Positions 47,219-55,855 of a stretch of DNA of 64,000 bases are shown one piece after another (within the stretch, counting starts at the first letter, position 1; each line of letters starts with the position of its first letter). Source of the stretch: a virus (taxonomy: Duplodnaviria > Caudoviricetes); the IMG/VR virus record IMGVR_UViG_3300014204_000185, positions 2,896-66,895 of that record; one strand, 5' to 3'. The notes under the pieces are model-generated. The model searched no databases, was not told where the DNA came from, and saw only the letters and a list, made by a program, of their open reading frames with translations. The position numbers and the translations under genes are program-made.

Positions 47219-47967
47219 CCATCCGATTATTTAATGGGGATTGCATGGAAGCGATGAAGGTCATGCCCGACAAGGCTTACGATCTGGCGATTGTCGATGT
47301 TCCTTATCAGATTGGGGCCGACAAAATAGGTCATAAGAAATTTGGCCTTGGTCGCGGAGCCCGACAGAAAAACGGCAGTATGATCTTTGTGGCAACAGTA
47401 AATTACCCGCCGAAAAAATGGGATGTCCGTCCCCCGAAAGAATATTTCGATCAACTGTTTCGTATCTCGAAAAATCAAATAATTTGGGGAGGAAACCATC
47501 TTGCGGATTTGATCTGCAGGCCGTCACCTTGTTGGGTTGTTTGGGATAAATGCAACGAGGGAACAGATCAAAGTGACGCAGAGTTGGCGTGGACCAGCTT
47601 TAAAACGGCAACCCGGATATTTCGTTTCATGTGGTCCGGGATGATGCAGGGATCGCTGCGGTGCGGATCAAGAGCCAATGGGAACAAGCGCCTAAATGAA
47701 AAGCGTATTCATCCCACCCAAAAGCCCGTCGCCCTCTATAAGTGGCTCCTGAAGAACTACGCCAAGCCGGGGGACAAGATACTGGACACCCACGGCGGGT
47801 CGGGCAGCATCCTGATTGCCTGCCACGACCTCGGATTCTCAATCGACTGGTACGAAATCGACACAGAGTATTTCAACGCGGCAAAGGAACGCCTTGAACG
47901 GCATCAACGGCAGGCGGTTATGACGTTTGACGCTCCGATATTACCAACACAGGAGGCGTTGCTATGA
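47215..47967 (+). CDS. DNA N4-cytosine/N6-adenine methyltransferase (beta class)
   Basis: AIVDVPY; HPTQKPVALY; ILDTHGGSGS. Confidence 0.88.
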   Translation: MTIRLFNGDCMEAMKVMPDKAYDLAIVDVPYQIGADKIGHKKFGLGRGARQKNGSMIFVATVNYPPKKWDVRPPKEYFDQLFRISKNQIIWGGNHLADLICRPSPCWVVWDKCNEGTDQSDAELAWTSFKTATRIFRFMWSGMMQGSLRCGSRANGNKRLNEKRIHPTQKPVALYKWLLKNYAKPGDKILDTHGGSGSILIACHDLGFSIDWYEIDTEYFNAAKERLERHQRQAVMTFDAPILPTQEALL

Positions 47968-48006
47968 CCCGCCTACTCGAATCCCTGATCGTTAAGGAGG
48001 TTTTAC

Positions 48007-48693
48007 ATGCCACTTAAGAAATCGGTTGGAAATATGTATCCGTTGGTTTCTCATACGCATTCGCATTTAGGCGGCGCGTGTCCCCATCAGTGCGTCTATT
48101 GCTACGTCAAAAGTTTTCCCTTCCGGCTGGAAAAATATCAAGGACCGTTGCGCCTGATTGAGAAAGAGTTATTTGTCAACTACGGATCTGGAAAAACCAT
48201 CTTTATTGAGAACTGCAACGACATGATGGCGAAGGACGTTCCTCAATCTTTCATAAATCAGATCATCGTCCACTGCTTGAAATTCCCCGGAAACACCTAC
48301 GTCTTCCAGACCAAGAACCCGGAAAGGTATCTGGCTATGGATTCTCTTTTCCCGGAAGGGTCTATACTTGGGACCACTATTGAATCAAACAGATGGTTCA
48401 CCGTGATGGGCAATGCTCCATCACCCATTGACCGAATGTTGGCCATGGAAAGACTTCCGGGGCGGAAATTCATTACCATCGAGCCGGTCATGGACTTCGA
48501 TGTTGATTGTCTCGCCTCATGGATCGACCGGATACGACCGGAATTTCTCAATTTGGGCGCGGACAGTAAAGGTCATAATCTTCCGGAGCCGAGTATTGAA
48601 AAGATCGTGGCCCTTACGGAAAAACTGAGGGAGTACGGGATTGAATTACGGGAGAAGCATAACCTTGCGAGATTGAAGCCATGCGATACCTAA
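48007..48693 (+). CDS. radical SAM protein (SPL/DUF5131-like)
   Basis: CPHQCVYC CxxxCxxC; FQTKNP, LGTTIE, ITIEP. Confidence 0.82.
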   Translation: MPLKKSVGNMYPLVSHTHSHLGGACPHQCVYCYVKSFPFRLEKYQGPLRLIEKELFVNYGSGKTIFIENCNDMMAKDVPQSFINQIIVHCLKFPGNTYVFQTKNPERYLAMDSLFPEGSILGTTIESNRWFTVMGNAPSPIDRMLAMERLPGRKFITIEPVMDFDVDCLASWIDRIRPEFLNLGADSKGHNLPEPSIEKIVALTEKLREYGIELREKHNLARLKPCDT

Positions 48694-48768
48694 TCGAAGC
48701 CCTGATCGTGATTATCGGATGGGCGATAGCAATCGCGCTGATCCGGTGGGATGGGTGGTGGATGTGAA

Positions 48769-49533
48769 ATGAGCTTAATTGAAAACGGCATATTCGGAAC
48801 GATTGACAAGGTGGCTGAAGCGATTCAGCGGATTAAGGATTTTGAACCGCCGGAAGGGTATTACGTTGCCTTTTCAGGCGGTAAGGATTCGGTTGTCATC
48901 CTCGATCTTGTTAAGCGTTCCAGGGTGAAGTTTGACGCTCATTACAATCTTACAACGGTTGATCCTCCCGAAGTTGTTTGGTTCATTCGGACATTCCCGG
49001 AAGTCCAGATTCATCATCCAGAAAAAACCATGTGGCAGCTTATCGTTGAAAACGGGATGCCACCGCTAAGACAAAGCCGATATTGTTGCCGAATCCTGAA
49101 AGAACAAGGCGGAAGAGATCGTCGCGTTTTAACGGGAATCCGTTGGGCGGAAAGCAATCGGCGTAAAAAAAGGGAACCCGAAGAGGATTGTTTTAAGGGG
49201 AAAGAGCATAAAACATACATACACCCTATTATTGGTTGGTCTAATGGCGAAGTATGGCAATATATACGAGAATACAAACTTTCTTATTGTTCACTTTATA
49301 ACGAAGGATGGAAGCGGCTTGGCTGTGTGTGCTGTCCAAATGCAGACCAAAAAAGACAGGCTAAACGGTGGCCGAAGATTGCGGACGCTTACCGCCGTGC
49401 CTGTATTCGAGCTTTCGATAAGGCAAAAAATGACGGTAAGCACAGAACATGGAAAAATGGCGATGAAATGTTTGAGTGGTGGATTTCGGGGCAAGGAAAT
49501 GGCGATCCCGACCAGACTATAATGTTTGAATAG
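48769..49533 (+). CDS. PAPS-reductase-family protein
   Basis: VAFSGGKDS, TTVDPPE, RYCC, TGIRWAES, HPIIGW, RLGCVCCP. Confidence 0.88.
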   Translation: MSLIENGIFGTIDKVAEAIQRIKDFEPPEGYYVAFSGGKDSVVILDLVKRSRVKFDAHYNLTTVDPPEVVWFIRTFPEVQIHHPEKTMWQLIVENGMPPLRQSRYCCRILKEQGGRDRRVLTGIRWAESNRRKKREPEEDCFKGKEHKTYIHPIIGWSNGEVWQYIREYKLSYCSLYNEGWKRLGCVCCPNADQKRQAKRWPKIADAYRRACIRAFDKAKNDGKHRTWKNGDEMFEWWISGQGNGDPDQTIMFE

Positions 49534-49689
49534 GAGTCCATTATGTTTCTAAAAGCAGTAGCTATTTATGGGGCGATAATCTCGATATTTTTCGGAATAA
49601 TGATGATCGTTACGAATGGGAGTTATTTCTCCATCTTTTGTTTCGCAATGGCACTATTTCAGATTTGGCTCTCAGTCAGTGATGTTTGA

Positions 49690-49929
49690 ATGATAACCCG
49701 AACAATCCAGTTCTGTATCGCCCTGTTCGCCTCGATGCTGATCGGGCTGGTCATCCTGATAAACTGCGTCATCCCGCCGCCGGTGAAGTGGTGGATGGAT
49801 GGAAGGCCGGTCGAGTCTCCGGAGTTTCACGGGGCGGCGAAGATCGAATATCATGTTGACGGCTCGGTGACGGCGCATAAGTGGCGGCATGGAATTTATA
49901 TCGAAATGTGGAAACGACGATGCGGATAA
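49690..49929 (+). CDS. hypothetical membrane-anchored protein
   Basis: N-terminal TM. Confidence 0.45.
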   Translation: MITRTIQFCIALFASMLIGLVILINCVIPPPVKWWMDGRPVESPEFHGAAKIEYHVDGSVTAHKWRHGIYIEMWKRRCG

Positions 49930-50149
49930 ATTGTTAATGGAAACGATAGTTAAAGCGTGAATGTGAGACCACGGAGATTGGAAAATGAAAAATGATGGAT
50001 GGACATGGAATGATTTAGCGGGTGAGTTGATGGCAAGGGGAATTGATCCAGATGAAGCATCAGACTTTTCATCGTATCTAAAACATCACACACCAGAGAT
50101 TGCGGCACATGAAATAGAAAAGTCGGTGGAGAGGGCGTGAGGCAAGTAT

Positions 50150-50470
50150 ATGCGCAACCAAGGGTTAGAAGTAAAAATTCAGGATGATGAAATCGTTATT
50201 CGGGTAGGAATTGATACCGTTAAATGGGCATTGGAACACCACGAGGAATCCCAGCCTTTCAATGAAGAGATTGACGACTATGAGCAGAAATGGATTGTCT
50301 CTGACCCGGTTGAGTTCGCCGAGGACGTTGTCCGCGCAATGGATGACGAAGCAGAGGACGGATCAACTCCTCTGTCGGATTTCCTCGACAAGATGTGCAT
50401 GGACGCTTTGGAAGACGGCAGTATCGGAACGGATGAAGCCCCGAAAGGAACAAGGGCGTTCGATGTATAA
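50150..50470 (+). CDS. acidic hypothetical phage protein
   Basis: L.V.I.DDEIVIRVGIDT...EDGST. Confidence 0.6.
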   Translation: MRNQGLEVKIQDDEIVIRVGIDTVKWALEHHEESQPFNEEIDDYEQKWIVSDPVEFAEDVVRAMDDEAEDGSTPLSDFLDKMCMDALEDGSIGTDEAPKGTRAFDV

Positions 50471-50512
50471 ATGGACACGCCTGGGCTATGAAATTTTATG
50501 GGAGCGGAGGGG

Positions 50513-51667
50513 ATGAAGATAATAAACGAGGGCGTGTTGGTTATAAAAAGTTGGTGCGAGAATCCCGAAGATGGGGCGGTTGAACAGGCAAAGAATCTCT
50601 CCCGGCTACCGTTCGCGTTCAGGCAGATTTGTCTTATGCCGGATACACATCAAGGATACGGAATGCCGATAGGTGGTGTTCTGGCGACGGACGGGGTTGT
50701 CGTTCCGAACGCGGTTGGGGTTGATATTGGGTGTGGAATGTGTGCCGTCAAAACATCGTTGACAGAAATATCCCTCGAAACTCTAAAGCGGATCATTGGA
50801 ACGATAAGAGTTGATGTTCCCGTTGGATTCAATAAACACGATAAGCCACAAGACGATGACCTAATGCCGAAGTCCCCGATGGGCGTAATCGCCAACAGGG
50901 AATACGAGAACGCCCGTAAATCGCTTGGAACTCTTGGCGGCGGGAATCACTTCATTGAGATCCAACGCGGGGATGACGGCCATATCTGGATCATGCTCCA
51001 CTCTGGAAGTCGCAATCTCGGTAAGCAAGTTGCTGATTACTACAACATGATCGCCATATCCTTAAACGAACAATACCTCAGTCGTGTTCCGAAAGAATGG
51101 GAGCTTGCGTTTCTTCCCATTTATGGCGAAGACGGTGAAGAATATTTAACGGAAATGCAATACTGTGTTGACTTTGCGTTCGTGAACAGACGCGCTATGA
51201 TAGACAAGATTCAGGCGGCTTTTATTGAGCACGTCGATCACGTCTCGTTTGAACCCATGATTAATATCGCCCATAACTACGCCAGAATAGAGCACCATTT
51301 TGGCAAGAACGTCATGATTCACAGGAAGGGGGCCACCTCGGCGCGTGACGGAGAGATTGGAATAATCCCCGGATCACAAGGAACGTCAAGCTATATCGTG
51401 CGCGGAAAGGGGAATCCGGAAAGTTTCATGTCGTGTTCTCACGGGGCGGGCAGGAAAATGGGGAGAAAACAGGCCGAAAGGACGCTTGATCTTGCCACGG
51501 AACAAAAACGACTTAATGATCGCGGCATCCTTCATTCCGTTCGAGGGATTCACGATCTTGACGAAGCATCTGGAGCATATAAAGACATTGGTGTGGTTAT
51601 GAAAGAACAGGAAGACCTTGTTGAAATCGTAACCAGACTTGAACCATTGGCGGTGATAAAGGGGTGA
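50513..51667 (+). CDS. rtcB: RtcB-family RNA ligase
   Basis: MPDTHQGYGMPIG, GVDIGCG, GTLGGGNHFIE, HSGSR, HNYA, HRKGAT, IPGSQG, SHGAGR, DEASGAYK. Confidence 0.95.
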   Translation: MKIINEGVLVIKSWCENPEDGAVEQAKNLSRLPFAFRQICLMPDTHQGYGMPIGGVLATDGVVVPNAVGVDIGCGMCAVKTSLTEISLETLKRIIGTIRVDVPVGFNKHDKPQDDDLMPKSPMGVIANREYENARKSLGTLGGGNHFIEIQRGDDGHIWIMLHSGSRNLGKQVADYYNMIAISLNEQYLSRVPKEWELAFLPIYGEDGEEYLTEMQYCVDFAFVNRRAMIDKIQAAFIEHVDHVSFEPMINIAHNYARIEHHFGKNVMIHRKGATSARDGEIGIIPGSQGTSSYIVRGKGNPESFMSCSHGAGRKMGRKQAERTLDLATEQKRLNDRGILHSVRGIHDLDEASGAYKDIGVVMKEQEDLVEIVTRLEPLAVIKG

Positions 51668-52068
51668 AGAAATCCAAGAAGCCAAAGTCCGAAAAAGACA
51701 AACTTGAAGAGGACTGCCTTGATCTGTGGTCATTGTGTGTCAAAACCCGTGACCGTAAATGTATGGTTTCTGGTAAGGACTATGACCTTCAAGGGCATCA
51801 TATCAGAAGCAGAACCCACAAGGTGACCTATCTTGACATTGAAAACGGGATGGCCCTTACAAGCGGAGTCCATTGCCTCCAGAAATTCAATCCAGAAAAA
51901 TTCCACGATCTGGTTATTGATGTGATCGGGGCCGAAGAATACGACCGGCTCAAAGAGAAATCGGGCAGAATTTGGAAGCCGACCGTTCCGTGGCTCAAAT
52001 TAATGAAAGAAGAACTCACCACAACACTTAAACGCTTGGAAGGCGAATACGGGAAGCTGGGGGGATAA
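51664..52068 (+). CDS. NinG/Rap-like His-Me nuclease
   Basis: WSLCVKTRD.KC..SG....QGHHI.SR....LDIENG..L. Confidence 0.7.
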   Translation: MKKSKKPKSEKDKLEEDCLDLWSLCVKTRDRKCMVSGKDYDLQGHHIRSRTHKVTYLDIENGMALTSGVHCLQKFNPEKFHDLVIDVIGAEEYDRLKEKSGRIWKPTVPWLKLMKEELTTTLKRLEGEYGKLGG

Positions 52069-52358
52069 TGGGAAAGAAGCAATATAAGCGAGGAATTCCG
52101 TTACTTGTTGATTGGATGGACGCAAACACCCCCCTTGATAGTGCGGGGTGGACTACAATGGACGAGGTAGAGAAACAAGACCCCAAATTCCACGTTCAAT
52201 CGATTGGATTTGTTGCCGGGATAAAGGGTGGATATCTGAAACTTGTGGGGGAGCAAAGCCAAAGCAAGAAATATGCCAAGGTGACATCAAGGACCATTAA
52301 CATACCAATATCGTGCATAATGTCTGCACGAACTCTGTTAATCAAGGAGGTAAAATGA
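52068..52358 (+). CDS. hypothetical phage protein
   Basis: LVDWMDA...GW...SIGF...IPISCI. Confidence 0.6.
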   Translation: MGKKQYKRGIPLLVDWMDANTPLDSAGWTTMDEVEKQDPKFHVQSIGFVAGIKGGYLKLVGEQSQSKKYAKVTSRTINIPISCIMSARTLLIKEVK

Positions 52359-52648
52359 CACCGACCGAATCGTTCAAGAAGAATCCGCTGAGGGAAGTAT
52401 TACAAATGGCCTACGCTCAGGCAATCGTCGGTAAGGGAAAGGAACGCCACGCTGAAGACAAACCCTTCGAAGATCAAGTTTGGGCTTCAATCACAAGGGC
52501 GGTTGGGATCGGCTTTCCTACCGGACAGGCGCTCAAAAAATGGAACGAGGCAAAGAGACTGTCGAAAGACTCCGCTATTCGTGAATTGCTTGGTGCCATA
52601 AACTACATCGCTATGGCGATCATCACGTTGATGAAGGAGGAAAAGTAA
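52355..52648 (+). CDS. hypothetical phage protein
   Basis: GKGKERHA, GQALKK, ELLGAINY. Confidence 0.65.
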   Translation: MTPTESFKKNPLREVLQMAYAQAIVGKGKERHAEDKPFEDQVWASITRAVGIGFPTGQALKKWNEAKRLSKDSAIRELLGAINYIAMAIITLMKEEK

Positions 52649-52848
52649 TGTTGACCGTCTATATCAAGAACGTGAAGACAATTAAGGACATCGCTGACTA
52701 CGAATACATCGTGATGGTCAATGCTGAGAAAATAGCTGAAGGGAAAATCGAGAAGCACGAACGGTCGGATGGATGGGCGCGACTTGTGAAGCGGATAGCG
52801 GAAAAATACATAGATTGTTCAATTTCAACAAACGCTGAAAAGGACTGA
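52648..52848 (+). CDS. hypothetical protein
   Basis: coupled ORF. Confidence 0.55.
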   Translation: MLTVYIKNVKTIKDIADYEYIVMVNAEKIAEGKIEKHERSDGWARLVKRIAEKYIDCSISTNAEKD

Positions 52849-52852
52849 TTGA

Positions 52853-53098
52853 ATGAAAGAAACCTTCAACGCCTTAGCGACCGAACTTTGTAGGAGGGTT
52901 GGCGCTCCATATCCGTCACCGAAGCCGATAAATCCGACCGACTACACATGGACTCAGTCCGAAGAAGACGACTACCGGGAATGGGCGATTAATCTCTTGC
53001 GATCAAAGGGGCCGTTGCGACGGATGGGGAAGAAATACGTCAGCGCGGTTATGGACACATTTTTAGCTAATTACGGGTGGATGGTGGAGGGGAAATGA
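52853..53098 (+). CDS. hypothetical protein
   Basis: coupled ORF. Confidence 0.55.
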   Translation: MKETFNALATELCRRVGAPYPSPKPINPTDYTWTQSEEDDYREWAINLLRSKGPLRRMGKKYVSAVMDTFLANYGWMVEGK

Positions 53099-53724
53099 TG
53101 GAAAATATGGTTGAGTTTGTTGGATTTCCGAAGATTGTAAGACTGTCCAGCGAGGTGATCGTTACGGAAAAAATCGACGGGACGAATGCACAGATTTACA
53201 TTCCCGGCCCGGAAGATATTTTCCCGCCATACGGTTTAACTCTCGATAAAACGACACACGGAATGTCCCTGCTTGTGGGTAGCAGAACCAGGTGGATAAC
53301 ACCCGAATGCGACAATCACGGATTCGCACGGTGGGCTTATGACCACGCCGAAGAATTGGTTACTTGCCTCGGTCCGGGTCGCCACTTTGGGGAGTGGTGG
53401 GGATCGGGGATTCAACGGGGTTACGGACTACCGAAAGGAGAGAAAAGATTCAGCCTGTTCAATACGCTACGGTGGGGAAGTGACCGAGATATGGAGAAAT
53501 ATCCGAATGATAAGCCGGATTGTTGCCATGTGGTTCCGGTTCTTTGGCGGGGTGTTTTTGACACCCAACAAATCGAAATGGAATTAGCTACATTGAAAAA
53601 TTGCGGAAGTGTCGCGGCTCCCGTCTTTATGAAACCGGAAGGGATTGTCGTCTATCACATCGCCGGAAACATAGCGTTTAAGAAAACAATCGGTGATGAC
53701 GGAAATAAGGGGGACAACCGATGA
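53095..53724 (+). CDS. compact Rnl2-like RNA ligase (adenylyltransferase domain)
   Basis: TEKIDGTNA, SRTRWI, FGEWWG.GIQ, FSLFN, VPVLWRG, EGIVV, FKK. Confidence 0.82.
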   Translation: MMENMVEFVGFPKIVRLSSEVIVTEKIDGTNAQIYIPGPEDIFPPYGLTLDKTTHGMSLLVGSRTRWITPECDNHGFARWAYDHAEELVTCLGPGRHFGEWWGSGIQRGYGLPKGEKRFSLFNTLRWGSDRDMEKYPNDKPDCCHVVPVLWRGVFDTQQIEMELATLKNCGSVAAPVFMKPEGIVVYHIAGNIAFKKTIGDDGNKGDNR

Positions 53725-53909
53725 CCACTTCCACCACACCGAGACTAATTTGCCCTGTTTGTAGTGGAAGCCATCTCGACTACCGACAGCCTGACGGCCT
53801 CTGTAAGTGCTTCACAAACATGAAGAAGATGAAGGCGGGGGATGATTGTGAAGTGGTTAATGACCTTATGGCGATGTTCGGGATGGGGAAGAAGGGTAAG
53901 GATGAATGA
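53721..53909 (+). CDS. small Cys-rich protein
   Basis: CPVC; stop overlaps both methyltransferase starts. Confidence 0.5.
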   Translation: MTTSTTPRLICPVCSGSHLDYRQPDGLCKCFTNMKKMKAGDDCEVVNDLMAMFGMGKKGKDE

Positions 53910-54666
53910 ACTGTCTCTCTTTTCAGGCGCCGGTGGCGGGTTACTCGGAACAATGCTTCTCGGTTTCCGACCCATCGGATACGTCGAATGGGACGACTAC
54001 TGCCAGCGAGTCATTGCCGCCAGAATCCGTGACGGAATCCTGCCCGATGCCCCTATCTTCGGCGACATCAAAACATTCATCAGTGAAGGGTACGCCGCAA
54101 GCTATACGGGATTGGTTGATGTCATTACAGCCGGATTTCCCTGTCAGCCGTTCAGTGTCGCTGGGGGACAACGAGGGGAAGATGATCCCCGCAATATGTG
54201 GCCACAAACGATTGAATGTATTCGCATCATACGACCCCGATTCGCATTCATGGAGAACGTCCCAGGCTTGCTTGCTAACCGATACATTAAGCGAATTTTC
54301 GGAGACTTGGCCGAAAGCGGGTACGATGCAAGATGGTGTTGCCTATCCGCTTCCCAAATCGGAGCACCGCATATCAGAGAAAGAGTCTGGCTACTTGCCT
54401 ACCCCGCAGAAAAGCGATGGAACGTTCAGGATGATTCGGCGCCCATTAAAACTACGCGGGAATGCTTACCGTATCAATTCAAATCAGGGTGTGGATGGAA
54501 ACGCGAAACTTGCGGACATAGCATGGAACGTGTGGGGTGGTCCTTTGAATCCGACATACGCGGAAGCGATGATGCTGTGGCCGCTGGAATGGACCGCCTT
54601 GCAGCCATTGGCAATGGACAAGTTCCAGCAGTGGTTGCAACAGCATGGAGGCTTTTAAGGGGTTGA
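53902..54666 (+). CDS. DNA C5-cytosine methyltransferase, alpha polypeptide
   Basis: motif I LFSGAGG, IV GFPCQPFS, VI ENV, VIII PHIRERVW, X AIGNGQVP; motif IX not seen. Confidence 0.88.
   Translation: MNELSLFSGAGGGLLGTMLLGFRPIGYVEWDDYCQRVIAARIRDGILPDAPIFGDIKTFISEGYAASYTGLVDVITAGFPCQPFSVAGGQRGEDDPRNMWPQTIECIRIIRPRFAFMENVPGLLANRYIKRIFGDLAESGYDARWCCLSASQIGAPHIRERVWLLAYPAEKRWNVQDDSAPIKTTRECLPYQFKSGCGWKRETCGHSMERVGWSFESDIRGSDDAVAAGMDRLAAIGNGQVPAVVATAWRLLRG
53906..54658 (+). CDS. overlapping-frame polypeptide, putative beta subunit of the C5 methyltransferase
   Basis: 250-aa stop-free alternate frame; ATGA-coupled to upstream stop; C-terminal LNPTYAEAMMLWPLEWT resembles motif IX. Confidence 0.65.
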   Translation: MNCLSFQAPVAGYSEQCFSVSDPSDTSNGTTTASESLPPESVTESCPMPLSSATSKHSSVKGTPQAIRDWLMSLQPDFPVSRSVSLGDNEGKMIPAICGHKRLNVFASYDPDSHSWRTSQACLLTDTLSEFSETWPKAGTMQDGVAYPLPKSEHRISEKESGYLPTPQKSDGTFRMIRRPLKLRGNAYRINSNQGVDGNAKLADIAWNVWGGPLNPTYAEAMMLWPLEWTALQPLAMDKFQQWLQQHGGF

Positions 54667-54989
54667 TGAAAAGTGACCAAATGGGTAGCTCCACTACCCA
54701 CCCGGTATCGAAACGTCAGCAAATGGCGCAATCTGCCGACGAATTTGTACCAATGTGTCGATGTTTGCTCAATTTATGGACACGTTCACCAGACGTGTAC
54801 ACGGCGCGGACATGAACACCGGCAGATGTGAATAAGTGAATGTATTTCTATCCAATTATCGGCAAAATTATAGTTTATGTGCCGATTATATGCGGTTAAG
54901 CCTATCTTGGGCGGGTGCATTGTATTGTTGGCATAATGGCTTGGTGGGGGATTTGGGGGAAATAGTGTGCAATAAAAGGGGAGGGATTA

Positions 54990-55439
54990 ATGAGGGAAAT
55001 TGAGTTTCGAGCTTGGGATAAGGTGAAACAGGAATGGGCTTTTGGTTATCCTGGTTGTGGAGGATTCCATCTTTTCGGAGAGCTACACTTGCTTGGCTAT
55101 CTACAAATAGAAAAATTAAATGATTATGTAGCGATGCAGTTCACCGGCCTGCGTGACAAGAACGGCGTCAAGATATTCGAGGGGGATATTGTTGAGTGTA
55201 CGCATTGGTTTTTTGATGGGAGTGAGATCGAGGAACATTTCCGCGCCCATGTTGGATTCCGCGATGGCTCATCCACGCTTGAGGGGATTAAAAGCAAATA
55301 TTACTCGGATTACACCGGAGAAAGTAATGGAGAGGGCATTTGCTGGATTGGTTCTATAAATTACAACGAAGAAGATTATGAAGTCACCAGCAACATCTAC
55401 AAGAATAATCTTGGTTTGACCGTTAACCCTAAAGTTTGA
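54990..55439 (+). CDS. YopX-family protein
   Basis: MREIEFRAWDK, MQFTGLRDKNGVKIFEGDIV, YEV..NIY. Confidence 0.88.
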   Translation: MREIEFRAWDKVKQEWAFGYPGCGGFHLFGELHLLGYLQIEKLNDYVAMQFTGLRDKNGVKIFEGDIVECTHWFFDGSEIEEHFRAHVGFRDGSSTLEGIKSKYYSDYTGESNGEGICWIGSINYNEEDYEVTSNIYKNNLGLTVNPKV

Positions 55440-55573
55440 AAATGTATCAGAAAGAGTAGTGGTGCTACCAATGTACAGACAAAGATAAACTTGGATTTGT
55501 CAGGAATGTTGGTGTGTTTTTCATCGGAGGAATATGCAGAAAAGAACCGCCCACCCCATACAAATGGCCTAAT

Positions 55574-55855
55574 ATGGGTAATGCAAAATACGAGAAGTGG
55601 CATAAGGAAGCGGGGCTTTGTGTGAAATGTCCTGAACCGGCTACGCATGGCGTTAGTTGTAGAAAACATTGGCTCGCCAAGAAGGTCCGAGATCGGAGGT
55701 CGCGGGAGAAAATGAGGGTTATTTTAATCGCACAAGGTTTGTGTGGACAATGCCGCGCACCTCTTGAACCAGAGGTCGATGAAGATACTAAGTGTTGCCA
55801 AAACTGCCGTGAACACGTGGGTCGCGTAAATGAAAGGAGAGGAAATTACAAATGA
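55574..55855 (+). CDS. Cys-rich Zn-finger protein
   Basis: GLCVKC, GLCGQC, CQNC. Confidence 0.55.
   Translation: MGNAKYEKWHKEAGLCVKCPEPATHGVSCRKHWLAKKVRDRRSREKMRVILIAQGLCGQCRAPLEPEVDEDTKCCQNCREHVGRVNERRGNYK

Noticed and set aside
50513-51667. Intein in RtcB
   Set aside because: Length about 384 aa with continuous motifs and no splicing signatures.
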